Notes: a model not told the origin generated them from the sequence alone. A stretch of DNA of 64,000 bases from Candidatus Latescibacterota bacterium (GCA_965226795.1 CBDDDZ010000005.1:64001-128000); one strand, 5' to 3'. Counted from the stretch's first letter, positions 1 to 10,236 are shown. Made by a program: numbers and translations.

Positions 1-67
1 GCCAGCCGGGCGACTCGGCGGCCGAATTTTGGCAATCTATTTCCGGGACAGAACACCGGAGGAGATC

Positions 68-1165
68 ATGATAAACTACCAGGACCTTGGGGTCAGACCG
101 TTCATTAACGCCAGCGGGACAATTACGACCCTCGGCGGCAGTCTGATGCCTTCCGAAGTGCTGGAGGCCATGCGGGCGGCGGCGGGGGCGTTTGTCGGTC
201 TTCCGGAACTGAACGAAAGGGCGGGCGAATACCTGGCCGGAAAAATCGGCGTTGAGGCGGCATTCGTTTCCTGTGGCGCGGCAAGCGGCGTGCAGCTTTC
301 GGCGGCCGCGTGTCTGACGGGTACGGACGCCGAAAGGGTTCGGGCGCTGCCGCATACGGAAGGCTGGCGGAACGAGTTCGTGATCAGCCTCGTGGACTCC
401 CATACGTACATCCACCAGGGGATCGAGATCTGCGGCGGAAAGCTGGTGCGGGTGGGCGGCAGGAAGGAGGTGACGGCCAGGGACATTCTGGGAGGGATCA
501 CGGAGCGGACGGCGGCCGTGGTCCATTTTATGGGAACGCAGAGGAAGGCCCAACTCGAAGAAGTGGTTGCCGGGGCGGACGGCTTGGGGGTCCCGGTGGT
601 GGTCGACGCCGCGGCCCAGCTTCCGCCCAGGACGAATCTGACGGAGATTGTAGACATCGGCGCGAGCCTGGTGGTCTTCAGCGGGGGCAAGGGCCTTAGG
701 GGGCCGCAGTGCACGGGGCTGGTCCTGGGAAAAAGGGAGTACGTGGACGCGGTCAGTTTGAACGCCAGCCCCTTCAGCGCGGTGGGGCGTGGAATGAAAG
801 TGGGCAAGGAAGAGATCCTCGGGCTGGTGGCGGCTGTGGATCTGTTTCTGGCAGGGAGCGACGAGGATGACCGGACCACCTGGCATCAACAGGCGAAGCG
901 GGTGGTTGAGGTCGTGTCGGAAATACCGGGCGTCGGGGCCTACGTATTGGGAGAGGGCCAGCAGGCGTCTCCCGATTTCGCCCCCAGGGCGTACGTGGAT
1001 CTCCCGGATGGGGAAACAGACGAGGTGATTCGGGCGATGGGGGAGGGAGAGCCTCCGGTGATTGTACGTCGAAGCGGGAAGGGAATCGTCGTGGATCCGA
1101 TGACGCTGACGCCGGGCGAGGAAGAGATCGTCGGCCATCGCTTAAAGGAGGTGTTGAGCCGATGA
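68..1165 (+). CDS. SelA-like / DgaE-family PLP-dependent enzyme
   Basis: INASGTITTLGGS, VVVDAAAQ and FSGGKGLRGPQCTG (PLP lysine) motifs; GGAGGAG RBS upstream of ATG at 68. Confidence 0.85.
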   Translation: MINYQDLGVRPFINASGTITTLGGSLMPSEVLEAMRAAAGAFVGLPELNERAGEYLAGKIGVEAAFVSCGAASGVQLSAAACLTGTDAERVRALPHTEGWRNEFVISLVDSHTYIHQGIEICGGKLVRVGGRKEVTARDILGGITERTAAVVHFMGTQRKAQLEEVVAGADGLGVPVVVDAAAQLPPRTNLTEIVDIGASLVVFSGGKGLRGPQCTGLVLGKREYVDAVSLNASPFSAVGRGMKVGKEEILGLVAAVDLFLAGSDEDDRTTWHQQAKRVVEVVSEIPGVGAYVLGEGQQASPDFAPRAYVDLPDGETDEVIRAMGEGEPPVIVRRSGKGIVVDPMTLTPGEEEIVGHRLKEVLSR

Positions 1166-1998
1166 TTGACGCCCATCTGCACATTGGCCATCAGGGCAGG
1201 AGTATCGAGAATACGATCCGGCATATCGAGGGCATCGGCGCGGAGAAGGCGGTGTTCCTGCCGATTGAGACGGGCGACCGCGAATACGAGTGGCTATCCG
1301 ACGCAGTGGCGATGGCGCATGAGCGTTACCCGGACAAAGTCATTCCCTTCTGCCACGTGGACGTGACACGGGAAGACGCGGTTGCGGAACTCGAACGACG
1401 CGCCGCATTGGGTGTGTTCAGGGGGTACGGGGAACAGAAACAGCACGTACCGTTGAATCATCGCGGGCTGGAGCGGGTGCTGGCGTTCTGCAACGAGATG
1501 CGCTGGCCCGTCACGTGGCATTTTCAGGAGGGGAGTCGGGGTTACAACCAGGGGATCGAACATTTGGAGACGCTGGTGCGCAAGTTTCCGGAAATCCGGT
1601 TCATCGGACACGCGCAGTCCTGGTGGGCCAATATCAGTGCCGAAGTGCCCCCGCCGGAGGAAACGCTGTACCCCCTGGGGCCCGTGGTTCAGGGTGGACT
1701 GGCGGACCGGCTGCTGTCCGACTACGAAAACGTCTATGCGGACCTGTCCGCCGGGTCTGGTCTGGGGGCGCTCACCCGCGACGAGGCGTTTGGCAGGGAT
1801 TTTCTGATGCGCCACCGGCGAAAGCTGCTGTTCGCCACCGATTGCCCTTGTGCCGACGGGCAGGGGGCCGATTATCCGCCGGGGTGTTTTGCGGCGAAGA
1901 GTCTGCCTTATCTGAGGCGGATGGTGGACGATCCGGAAGCGCTGGAGGATATTCTGCATCGGAACGCGGTTCGCGTAATCGGACTGGAGGAAGTGTAG
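1162..1998 (+). CDS. Amidohydrolase_2 family metal-dependent hydrolase
   Basis: IDAHLH, NVYADLS, LLFATD motifs; ATGA overlap with upstream gene. Confidence 0.85.
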   Translation: MIDAHLHIGHQGRSIENTIRHIEGIGAEKAVFLPIETGDREYEWLSDAVAMAHERYPDKVIPFCHVDVTREDAVAELERRAALGVFRGYGEQKQHVPLNHRGLERVLAFCNEMRWPVTWHFQEGSRGYNQGIEHLETLVRKFPEIRFIGHAQSWWANISAEVPPPEETLYPLGPVVQGGLADRLLSDYENVYADLSAGSGLGALTRDEAFGRDFLMRHRRKLLFATDCPCADGQGADYPPGCFAAKSLPYLRRMVDDPEALEDILHRNAVRVIGLEEV

Positions 1999-2086
1999 GG
2001 GCGACCGGCCGGCCCTACGCCAATATGGACGGAACGCTGCTAGCGCTGTCGGGGAATTTGTAGGGGCAACCCTAGTGGTTGCCCGC
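1994..2086. repeat. Two GTAG-type REP-like palindromes
   Basis: GTAGGGGCGACCGGCCGGCCCTAC at 1994 and GTAGGGGCAACCCTAGTGGTTGCCC at 2059. Confidence 0.6.
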
Positions 2087-2137
2087 CTGTCCGCTGATTG
2101 TTGCTCGCTAAAATCGTTGCTAAATTCTTACTTTATG

Positions 2138-2682
2138 TCCTTTTTCTTTCTCGCCAAAGAAAAAGGACGAAAAAGAACGGCGCCTGCCTGCCGAGCACGA
2201 CTCGGCGCAGGCAGGCCGCTCGGCGCGGAGCCGGTTTTTCCGCGAATTACCTCAAGGGAAACAACGAGCGTCATTGCCCTGCGACCGCTGGGAGCGATTC
2301 AGAACAACGTTGCTGGACGGATCAGCACGGAAAAACCCCAACCCAACCACCGGTCGCGCCAGGGGCAAAATGCACTATTGTGCGAGAGACCCCCTTTCTC
2401 CATACGCCAGTTGAAAGGCGAATACTATTTACCACGAGAAACCTACATCCACATCCCTCAACTTCAGGATGCCGATGGCGTCTTGTTGACCGGATCCATC
2501 CAGAGGACTACCAGAGCAGAGCGCGTGGTTCCGTCCAGCAGCGAACCCGGATATCCGCATTCGGCGTGTAGGGCAGAAGTTTCGGTGGATTCCGTGAGGC
2601 GATTCGCGCTATGCATATGGCAGGCCCCGCGCCCAGCGGCGACTTTTGGTTCCTTTTGGTCGCTTCAAAAGGAACTCGCCGA
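2138..2682. repeat. Structured intergenic repeat / MITE-like element, copy A
   Basis: Imperfect inverted hairpin ends (TTTTTCTTTCTCGCCAAAGAAAAAGGACGAAAAAGAACGGCGCC ... GGCGACTTTTGGTTCCTTTTGGTCGCTTCAAAAGGAACTCGCC); 2141-2352 similar to 8387-8570. Confidence 0.6.
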
Positions 2683-2771
2683 AGGCAGGGAATCTGAGGA
2701 GAAGTGGATTTTCGGTTTGGTTTCAAGCTAACGGCTCATTTATATCTTACGGTTTCCGAAAAAGGATCCGG

Positions 2772-4223
2772 ATGTCAATCGCGATTAAAGATATCGATTT
2801 GAACGTGCTGAATATGAAAGCGCGAATGCCGTTCCGGTACGGGATCGCGTCTCTCGTCGCCGTGCCCCATCTGTTCGTCCGGGTGACCGCGGAGATAGGC
2901 GGACGCCGGGAGGTCGGGCTAGCGGCGGACGGGCTCCCGCCCAAGTGGTTTACCAAGAACCCGGAGGCGTCTTTCGAGGACGACCTGGATGAAATGCTGG
3001 CGGTGATCCGGCAGGCATGCCGTCTGGCTCTGGCGGCGGGCCCCGCGGAGACCGTCCACGAATTCTGGCGGGAAATCTACAACGCTCAGGAGGAATGGGC
3101 GGTATCGTGTGCTTATCCGCCATTGCTGTGGGGTTTCGGTGTGAGCCTGGTGGAGCGGGCACTGATCGACGCGTACTGCCGGGTAACCGGGTCCACGTTC
3201 GAAGGTGCGTTGCGGGAAAATGCGTTCGGCATTCGGCTGGGCGAGATACACCGCGACCTGAAGGGGGTCCAGCCCCAGGCGCTGCTGCCCGAACGGGCGA
3301 GCAGGTCGATTCTGGCCCGCCATACCGTGGGGTTGACCGATCCCCTGACGGACGCGGATATCCCCGGGGACGAACGTGTGGACGACGGACTGCCGCAATC
3401 TCTCGAAGCCAGTATACAGGCGTACGGTCTGACGCATCTAAAGATCAAATTGTGCGGCGATGCGGCTCGGGACGCTGACCGGTTGAAGCATATCGCCGGA
3501 TTGATGGGACGACATTCCGGATCCGACTACGCATTTACGCTGGATGGGAACGAGCAATACACTGAAATCGATCCGTTCCGGTCGTTGTGGGAGGCCGTTA
3601 CGGCGGATCCGTCGCTCGATCGGTTCATGGGTCGGCTGTTGTTTGTGGAGCAGCCGTTGAGGCGTGACGTCGCCCTGGGCGAGGGCGTGGGCGCCGCGCT
3701 GCGGGACTGGACGGGCCGTCCGCCGATGATCATCGATGAGTCGGACGGGACGCTGACCAGTGCGGCGGAGGCGCTGGAACTGGGATATGCCGGAACAAGC
3801 CACAAGAACTGCAAGGGAATCTTCAAGGGCGTCGCGAGCGCCTGTCTCATCGCGGACAGACGGCAGAAGGACCCCGGCCGGAAGTACGTCCTGAGTAGCG
3901 AGGACCTGGGCAATGTCGGCCCCGTCGCGCTGCTGCAGGACCTGGCGGTGGCGGCATGTCTGGGGGTGGGGCATACGGAACGCAACGGTCATCACTATTT
4001 CACGGGGCTGAGCATGTATCCCCACGACGTTCAGTCGAAAGTTCTCCAGCATCACGGCACGCTTTACCGCCTTCACGAGGCGGGGTTTCCCACGCTGAAC
4101 GTACAGGGTGGACGGCTGAACATCGCCAGCGTCGTCGATGCGCCCTTCGGTTACGGGTTCGATCTTGATACCACGAGGTTTACGCCTCTGGAGGATTGGT
4201 CGGCGGCATCTCTGGATCTCTGA
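2772..4223 (+). CDS. Enolase / mandelate-racemase superfamily protein
   Basis: KIKL, TLDGNEQY, FVEQP, IIDES metal-ligand pattern of the enolase superfamily; start taken at ATG 2772. Confidence 0.75.
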   Translation: MSIAIKDIDLNVLNMKARMPFRYGIASLVAVPHLFVRVTAEIGGRREVGLAADGLPPKWFTKNPEASFEDDLDEMLAVIRQACRLALAAGPAETVHEFWREIYNAQEEWAVSCAYPPLLWGFGVSLVERALIDAYCRVTGSTFEGALRENAFGIRLGEIHRDLKGVQPQALLPERASRSILARHTVGLTDPLTDADIPGDERVDDGLPQSLEASIQAYGLTHLKIKLCGDAARDADRLKHIAGLMGRHSGSDYAFTLDGNEQYTEIDPFRSLWEAVTADPSLDRFMGRLLFVEQPLRRDVALGEGVGAALRDWTGRPPMIIDESDGTLTSAAEALELGYAGTSHKNCKGIFKGVASACLIADRRQKDPGRKYVLSSEDLGNVGPVALLQDLAVAACLGVGHTERNGHHYFTGLSMYPHDVQSKVLQHHGTLYRLHEAGFPTLNVQGGRLNIASVVDAPFGYGFDLDTTRFTPLEDWSAASLDL

Positions 4224-4354
4224 GGATCCTCGGCCGGAGAACGCCGCGTGCACGCCTGGCGGCAATCGGATGCGGTACCACGTGTTCAATTGCGGCCCTT
4301 GACGGCCCCTTAAGCTGGAATGTAGACGAATCCCCGTTTTCCCGGAGGACAGGT

Positions 4355-5740
4355 TTGGAACAGATCGACTGGAATGCGGTCCGTGAGGAGGTGGCGGGAT
4401 ATCTTCAGGATCTGATCCGCCTGGACACGACCAATCCGCCCGGAAACGAGATACTCGCGGCGGAGTACCTTGCCGGGGTGTTGCGGAGCGAGGGTTTCGA
4501 TCCCCGGGTGACCGAGTCGCGGCCGGGGCGGGGCAACGTTACCGCTCGGCTGGCCGGCGGCGGCGAGCCGCTCGTGCTGCTGGGGCATACGGACGTGGTG
4601 GCGGTTGAACCCGACAGATGGCGGCATCCGCCGTTCGGCGGAGAGTTCCACGACGGGTACGTCTGGGGGCGCGGCGCGCTGGATATGAAAAATATGGTGG
4701 CGGCCGAGCTGATGGTGTTTCTGCTGTTGAAGCGGCAGCGGATCAATCTGAAGCGGGATGTGATTTTCGCCGCCACGGCCGATGAAGAGGCGGGTAAGGG
4801 AGACCATGGCATCGGCTGGCTGCTGGACAACCATCCGGAGCACGTGGACGCGCCCTTTGTGATGACGGAGGGCGGCGGCGCGGACTTTCGGGTGGGTGAT
4901 GCCCGGTTCTATACGTGCCAGACAGGGCAGAAGGGGATCTGCAGATTTCGGATGGTGGCCCGTGGGCAGCCCGGCCATGGATCCAGGCCGCACCCCGAGA
5001 ATGCCCTGGTGAGGCTTTCGGAAGCGGTCGCAGCCCTGGGACGGGCCGTGTTGCCGATGCATCCCTCCGGGACCGTCCGCGCTTTCCTTGACGGAATTGC
5101 GGAAACCCAGGATTCCTGCACGGCGGACCTGCTGCGACGAGTCCTGGATCCTTCGTGCAGTGAGTCGGCGCTCGGATCGCTTCCGGTGGCGCCCGAGATC
5201 GTGTCGAACCTGCGCGCGTTGCTGCGAAACACGGCTTCCGTGACCATGCTGCAGGCCGGGCAGAAGATCAACGTGATCCCCACCGAGGCGACGGCGTGGG
5301 TCGACGGCAGGCTTGCGCCGGGGCAGACCGATACGAGCTTCTTCGAGGAGATCCGGCCGCTGATAGGAGACGATGTTCGTATCGAGGTGGACCAGTACAC
5401 TCCGCCGCTGGAGGCCGGGATCGACTCTCCGCTGTACCGGACCATTGTGGAGGTGATGGCGGATCACGACCCCGGGGTGCGTGTGGTGCCGTCACTATCC
5501 ACGGGGGGAACGGATGCGAAACACATCTGCCCGCGCCGGCCGGAGACCCAGGTGTACGGTTTTATGCCCTACAGGGGCGCCCCGGGAGAAGAGGAATGGA
5601 ATCTGATTCACGGGCATGACGAACGCACCTCGGTGGAGAACCTGTGGTTCGGCACACGGGTGCTGTACGATATCGTACATCGATTTTGCGGAGTCGGTGG
5701 TGGTTCGCGCCTCTCTGGAAACCAATCGGGGGTATTTTGA
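4355..5740 (+). CDS. M20/M25/M40 family metallopeptidase
   Basis: GHTDVV, GRGALDMK, ADEE, GGTD, HGHDER motifs; TTG start at 4355 after GGAGG. Confidence 0.9.
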   Translation: MEQIDWNAVREEVAGYLQDLIRLDTTNPPGNEILAAEYLAGVLRSEGFDPRVTESRPGRGNVTARLAGGGEPLVLLGHTDVVAVEPDRWRHPPFGGEFHDGYVWGRGALDMKNMVAAELMVFLLLKRQRINLKRDVIFAATADEEAGKGDHGIGWLLDNHPEHVDAPFVMTEGGGADFRVGDARFYTCQTGQKGICRFRMVARGQPGHGSRPHPENALVRLSEAVAALGRAVLPMHPSGTVRAFLDGIAETQDSCTADLLRRVLDPSCSESALGSLPVAPEIVSNLRALLRNTASVTMLQAGQKINVIPTEATAWVDGRLAPGQTDTSFFEEIRPLIGDDVRIEVDQYTPPLEAGIDSPLYRTIVEVMADHDPGVRVVPSLSTGGTDAKHICPRRPETQVYGFMPYRGAPGEEEWNLIHGHDERTSVENLWFGTRVLYDIVHRFCGVGGGSRLSGNQSGVF

Positions 5741-6714
5741 TGCGGGTCCTGGTAACGGATTACGCGTGGGCCGACCTTACTGTGGAAAAGAGCGTCCTGG
5801 AAGAGATCGGGGTCGAGCTGGTGGCCGCGCCGGATGGAAACGAAGCGACGCTGGCGCGGCTGGCATCGGGCGTCAGTGGCATTATGACCTGCTGGGCCCA
5901 GACCACGAGGCAGGTCATTCAGGCCGCGCTGCCGGATCTGAAGGTGGTGACGCGTTACGGGGTGGGGTTGGACAATATAGACGTGGCCTACGCAACCGCG
6001 CAGAAGATACCCGTGGCATACGTGCCGGACTATTGTACGGTGGACGTAGCGGAGCATGCCATGGCGCTGTTGTTGGCGCTTTCGCGCAAGGTGGCGGGAT
6101 TTGACCGGACGGTTCGCGAGGATGTTTGGGATATCCAGGCCTGTTTGCCGCTGAATCGCCTGACCGGGCGGACGCTGGGGCTGATCGGCTTTGGGCGCAT
6201 CGCCCGGGAGGTCGCGGGCCGCGCGGCGGTTTTCGGGCTTCGCGTGCTGGCGACCGCCCCGTCACTGACGCCCGGGACCACGGGCGCCGGGGGCGTCGAG
6301 GCCGTGACGCCGGATGAATTGTTGCAGATGTCGGACTATGTCTCGATTCATTGTCCTTCCACGGAAAAGACGCGGGGACTGATCGACGCGGATGCCCTGC
6401 GAAAGATGAAGCCCACGGCCTGCCTGATCAATACGTCGCGAGGCGATATCGTGGATGAGACCGCGCTGGCCGATGCGCTGGATGCGGGCGAGATCGCGGG
6501 GGCTGCCCTGGATGTCCGTGTACAGGAGCCGCCGGGCGAGGGCGACCGGCTTATCGGGATGCCCCAGGTAATCCATACACCACATGCGGCATTTTATTCG
6601 GCGGAGTCCCTGATCGAACTGCGGGAGCGTGCGGCCATGGAGACCCGCAGGGTCCTGCAGGGTGAAGATCCGGAGAACCTGGTGAATCCGGAATACAGGC
6701 GGACCGGCGGGTGA
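5740..6714 (+). CDS. D-isomer 2-hydroxyacid dehydrogenase (SerA/CtBP-like)
   Basis: GVGLDNID, GLIGFGRIA, INTSRG, AALDV, TPHAAFYS; TGATG overlap with upstream gene. Confidence 0.9.
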   Translation: MRVLVTDYAWADLTVEKSVLEEIGVELVAAPDGNEATLARLASGVSGIMTCWAQTTRQVIQAALPDLKVVTRYGVGLDNIDVAYATAQKIPVAYVPDYCTVDVAEHAMALLLALSRKVAGFDRTVREDVWDIQACLPLNRLTGRTLGLIGFGRIAREVAGRAAVFGLRVLATAPSLTPGTTGAGGVEAVTPDELLQMSDYVSIHCPSTEKTRGLIDADALRKMKPTACLINTSRGDIVDETALADALDAGEIAGAALDVRVQEPPGEGDRLIGMPQVIHTPHAAFYSAESLIELRERAAMETRRVLQGEDPENLVNPEYRRTGG

Positions 6715-6820
6715 TGTCAATGCGTATGGCGAGGCCGATCCCCGTGGGTGCATGGAAGGAAGGCATTGCGGGTGTGGCTGTGTCCATGGTGCGATCCCTT
6801 ATTGCTTTACAGGAGTCGTG

Positions 6821-8188
6821 ATGTCCGAGAAGCCCAATTTACTGGTACTTATGTGCGATCAGCTTCGTCGCGACGCGCTGTCGATTCATGGCGACGCGAA
6901 CCTGCAGACGCCGCATATAGACGCGCTGGCAACCCGGGGCGTCAGATTCTCAAACGCCTGTTCAACCTATCCGATATGCGTGCCGTTCCGTTTTACGTTC
7001 ATGACCGGGGAATATGCGCACAGCCGAAAGGTGCCCGGTATCGAGTACCGCATGTCACCCACCGAATACACGTTGGCCGACGCGTTCAACGAGGCTGGGT
7101 ACGAAACGGTCTACGTGGGAAAGTGGCACCTGGACGGCGGTCACGGGAGGATGGGTTCCGCGCTTGAATGCGGGCGTACGCCGGTACCCCGGGCGTACCA
7201 GGGCCGCTGGGAGAAGTGGTTCGGGTTCGAACTCAGAAACGCGCCTTTCGACACGTATTATTTCGAGGACGGCGATCCGACGCCAAAGCCCATCCGGGGT
7301 TATCAGACCGACGGGTTGTACGATATCGGAATGAACTACCTTGCCGGGGAAAGGGATCCGTCAAGGCCGTTTTGCATGGTAATTTCCGTCGAGCCGCCCC
7401 ACGATCCATTCGAAGCCCCGCCCGATATCCAGGCGGCGTGGGAAGCCAGGGAGATTGAACTGCCGTCCAATTTCGAGGCGTCCGACGACGCGCGGCGCGA
7501 GGCATTGGTGCTGGATCGGAAGCGATATTACGCGATGGTGGAGAACCTCGACGCCAACGTGAAGCGGATGACGGATTTTCTGGAGGCACAGGGGCTGGCG
7601 GAGAATACCGTGGTGATGTTCGTTTCGGATCACGGCGAACTGGGCGGCAGCCACGGTTTGAGAGGGAAGCAGTGGCCGTACGAGGAGTCCGTCGGCATTC
7701 CGGCGATCGTTTACGACCCCCGGTTCCCGCGCCGGGCGGGTGCGATGATCGAGGATCCGATCTGCACCGAGGATTTCTTCCCCACGCTACTGGGTCTGGC
7801 GGGGCTGGCGCCCGGAGAGCACCTGATGGGTACGGATCTGTCGGCGTTGATACACGGTGAAATCGACTCGCTGGATCGCGAAGGCGTTCTGCTGGAATTC
7901 GTAGCCGAACTCCGCAAGGGGATGGCGTTCAACCAGTGGGTGTGGCGCGCGTTTCGCAGCCGGCGCTACAAGTATACCGTCCGGGGAGACAAAATGGGCG
8001 CGGGCGCCTGGCAGTTTTTCGATCTGGAGGCCGATCCCCTTGAACGCCGGAATCTGATCGATCACCCCAACTTCCAGGACGAGATTGCGCGGCACCACAG
8101 GCTTCTCAGAGAACGTCTGGTTGAGACCGGGGATCATTTTGTGTTGCTGCCGGCCTTTGGTTGCGAGGGCGTTAACCTGTGGCGGTAG
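6821..8188 (+). CDS. Cys-type (formylglycine) sulfatase
   Basis: PNLLVLMCDQ, CVPFR (CxPxR), GKWH, SDHG motifs; AGGAG RBS. Confidence 0.92.
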   Translation: MSEKPNLLVLMCDQLRRDALSIHGDANLQTPHIDALATRGVRFSNACSTYPICVPFRFTFMTGEYAHSRKVPGIEYRMSPTEYTLADAFNEAGYETVYVGKWHLDGGHGRMGSALECGRTPVPRAYQGRWEKWFGFELRNAPFDTYYFEDGDPTPKPIRGYQTDGLYDIGMNYLAGERDPSRPFCMVISVEPPHDPFEAPPDIQAAWEAREIELPSNFEASDDARREALVLDRKRYYAMVENLDANVKRMTDFLEAQGLAENTVVMFVSDHGELGGSHGLRGKQWPYEESVGIPAIVYDPRFPRRAGAMIEDPICTEDFFPTLLGLAGLAPGEHLMGTDLSALIHGEIDSLDREGVLLEFVAELRKGMAFNQWVWRAFRSRRYKYTVRGDKMGAGAWQFFDLEADPLERRNLIDHPNFQDEIARHHRLLRERLVETGDHFVLLPAFGCEGVNLWR

Positions 8189-8270
8189 CGCCCAGTACCG
8201 GAATTATGTCACCATTCTTTCCTGTCTGCCTGTCAAAACGCGCCTACCGAAACGTGGTCGTTGCCTGTGC

Positions 8271-8322
8271 TGCCTGCACTGAGCTTGTCGAAGTGGCCTG
8301 TCGAAGCAAGCTTGTCGAAATG
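8271..8322. repeat. GAGCTTGTCGAA-type REP cluster
   Basis: Three tandem variants of (G)AGCTTGTCGAA/GCCTGTCGAA; same motif recurs at 18140-18270. Confidence 0.6.
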
Positions 8323-8636
8323 CCAGTGTTTCGCTACCTGTGAGGTATAAGTTCCACCACTCCCTAACGTCCCCTATTCCCTTGCCCTTTTTCTTGCATC
8401 GCCCAAGAAAAAGGGCGAAAAAGAAGGGCGCCGCTCGGCGCGGGGCCGGTTTTTCCGCAAATCACCTCAGTGGCACAGACGAACCTTGGTACCCTGCTGA
8501 CGATGCAGGCCTTCTAGAACGCCCTTGCTGAACGGATCTACGCGGAAAAACCCCCATCGCCACCACCGGGCGCTTGATAGGGCCGCGCCATTCGGGGGCC
8601 AAATTTCGGCATTCTATTTCCGGGACAGAACACTGG
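8323..8636. mobile_element. MITE-like element, copy B, 8-bp terminal inverted repeats
   Basis: CCAGTGTT at 8323-8330 and AACACTGG at 8629-8636; 21 bp of right end (8613-8633) identical to 36-56; interior shared with copy A. Confidence 0.55.
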
Positions 8637-8700
8637 GCACGCATGAAACGGCATACGCGGCAAACGGACAAAGGATTCCCGGTTTGTCCGGTTGGATGAA

Positions 8701-9741
8701 TTATGTGCCTTGGAACCAGGCGCGGAAGGTGGGTCCGTAGGGCGATTGCGCCACGCCCTTCTCCGTGACGATGGCCGAGACCAGCCGCTGGGGCGTGACG
8801 TCGAAGGCCGGATTGTAAACGTTGACGCCTCCCGGGGCGGTTTGCCTGCCCATGCCGTGGGTGATTTCTTCCGGTCCGCGTTCTTCGATGGGAATCTCCT
8901 CCCCGCGGGGGAGGGACATGTCGATGGTGGAAAGAGGGGCCGCGACGTAGAAGGGTACGTTGTGTTCCCTCGCCACGATGGCCAGCCCGTAGGTGCCGAT
9001 TTTGTTGGCCACGTCGCCGTTGGCGGCAATGCGATCGGCGCCTACGATGACGCTGTCGATGTTCTTCTGCCTCAGGACCGTCGCTGCCATGCTGTCGCAG
9101 ATCACCGTGACGTCGATGCCGCTTTCCCGGAGTTCCCACGCAGTGAGCCGCGACCCCTGCAACAGGGGGCGGGTCTCATCGGCGAAGACGGCGACCTGTT
9201 TCCCGGCTTCGACGGCTGCATATATCACGGCCAGCGCCGTACCGTAATCCGCGGTGGCGAGGGCGCCCGCGTTGCAGTGGGTGAGTACGGTGGCGTTGTG
9301 GTTGAGCAGTCCGGCGCCGTTCCTGCCGATCTGCCGGCAGACTTTCCGGTCTTCCTCGAAGATTTCGTGCGCTTCCCGCAGCAGCCGGTCTCGAATCTCC
9401 GCAGGATGCTGAAGGGCGACTTCGTCGAGCCGCCTGCCCATCCGATCGAGCGCCCAGAAAAGGTTCACGGCCGTGGGCCTGGTGCGAGCCAGTCTCGCAA
9501 TTGCCTTCCTTGTCCCGGAGACGATATCCGCTCCCGAGGCAAGGGCTTCCCCTGCGCCGATAACGACACCGTACGCCGCGGCCACGCCGATGGCCGGGGC
9601 GCCCCGGACGCGAAGGCTCTCGATGGCTTCGGCAACGGTTTCCACGTCTCCGCATTCGATCCGAACGTATCGTTCAGGTAAAACGGTCTGGTCAATCAGC
9701 CGAAGGAAGTCGTTTTCCCAGGTGATGGTTGGAACGGGCAT
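8701..9741 (-). CDS. mtnA: S-methyl-5-thioribose-1-phosphate isomerase
   Basis: VRGAPAIG, RPTAVNL, THCNAGALAT, ETRPLLQGSRLTAWEL, NKIGTY. Confidence 0.97.
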   Translation of the reverse strand: MPVPTITWENDFLRLIDQTVLPERYVRIECGDVETVAEAIESLRVRGAPAIGVAAAYGVVIGAGEALASGADIVSGTRKAIARLARTRPTAVNLFWALDRMGRRLDEVALQHPAEIRDRLLREAHEIFEEDRKVCRQIGRNGAGLLNHNATVLTHCNAGALATADYGTALAVIYAAVEAGKQVAVFADETRPLLQGSRLTAWELRESGIDVTVICDSMAATVLRQKNIDSVIVGADRIAANGDVANKIGTYGLAIVAREHNVPFYVAAPLSTIDMSLPRGEEIPIEERGPEEITHGMGRQTAPGGVNVYNPAFDVTPQRLVSAIVTEKGVAQSPYGPTFRAWFQGT

Positions 9742-9772
9742 CGGTCAGATCCGTCCGGTGTTTAAGAAGCTT

Positions 9773-10174
9773 CTAAAGATGATCCGAACGGCCTTCAATA
9801 GAGGATGTTTCTGCGACTGAGGGGTCTTCTTCGATCCGTTCGGATGGGGCGTCGCCCCAGAGGCGCTCGAGGCGGTAGAACGCCCGAGCCTTTGGCTGGA
9901 AGATGTGTACGACCACGTCGATATAGTCGAACAGAACCCAGATGCGTGATTCAAGGCCCTCAATATGCCACTGCCGGTAGCCAGCCGCTTTCGTGCCTTC
10001 CCGCAACGCGTCTGCCAGGGCCTTGACGTGTACGCTCGAAGTGCCTGTGCAGATGAGAAAGTAGTCCGCGACGTCGGAGACGGTGCGTAAATCGATCAGA
10101 AAAAGTTCTTCGCCTTTTCGGGACCGAAGGCATTCGATACAGAGATCCAGAATTTCGCGTATCTGATTGGACAA
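9773..10174 (-). CDS. rsfS: Ribosome silencing factor (iojap)
   Basis: DYFLICTG, WVLFDYIDVVVHIF, FYRLERLWGDA; start uncertain (TTG 10174 or ATG 10216). Confidence 0.92.
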   Translation of the reverse strand: MSNQIREILDLCIECLRSRKGEELFLIDLRTVSDVADYFLICTGTSSVHVKALADALREGTKAAGYRQWHIEGLESRIWVLFDYIDVVVHIFQPKARAFYRLERLWGDAPSERIEEDPSVAETSSIEGRSDHL

Positions 10175-10236
10175 TGCGGTTCCATTCCGTGCCAGGATTG
10201 AATAACTCACCTTCATTGGGTGTGCCGCGTCTGACG

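Noticed and set aside
68..1165. Selenocysteine synthase SelA
   Set aside because: About 365 aa, lacks the N-terminal tRNA-binding extension, no selB/selC/selD nearby; fits the SelA-like/DgaE group.
2075..2731. ORFs of 218 and 157 aa in the gap after the amidohydrolase
   Set aside because: They overlap palindromic repeat DNA and have no protein-like motifs.
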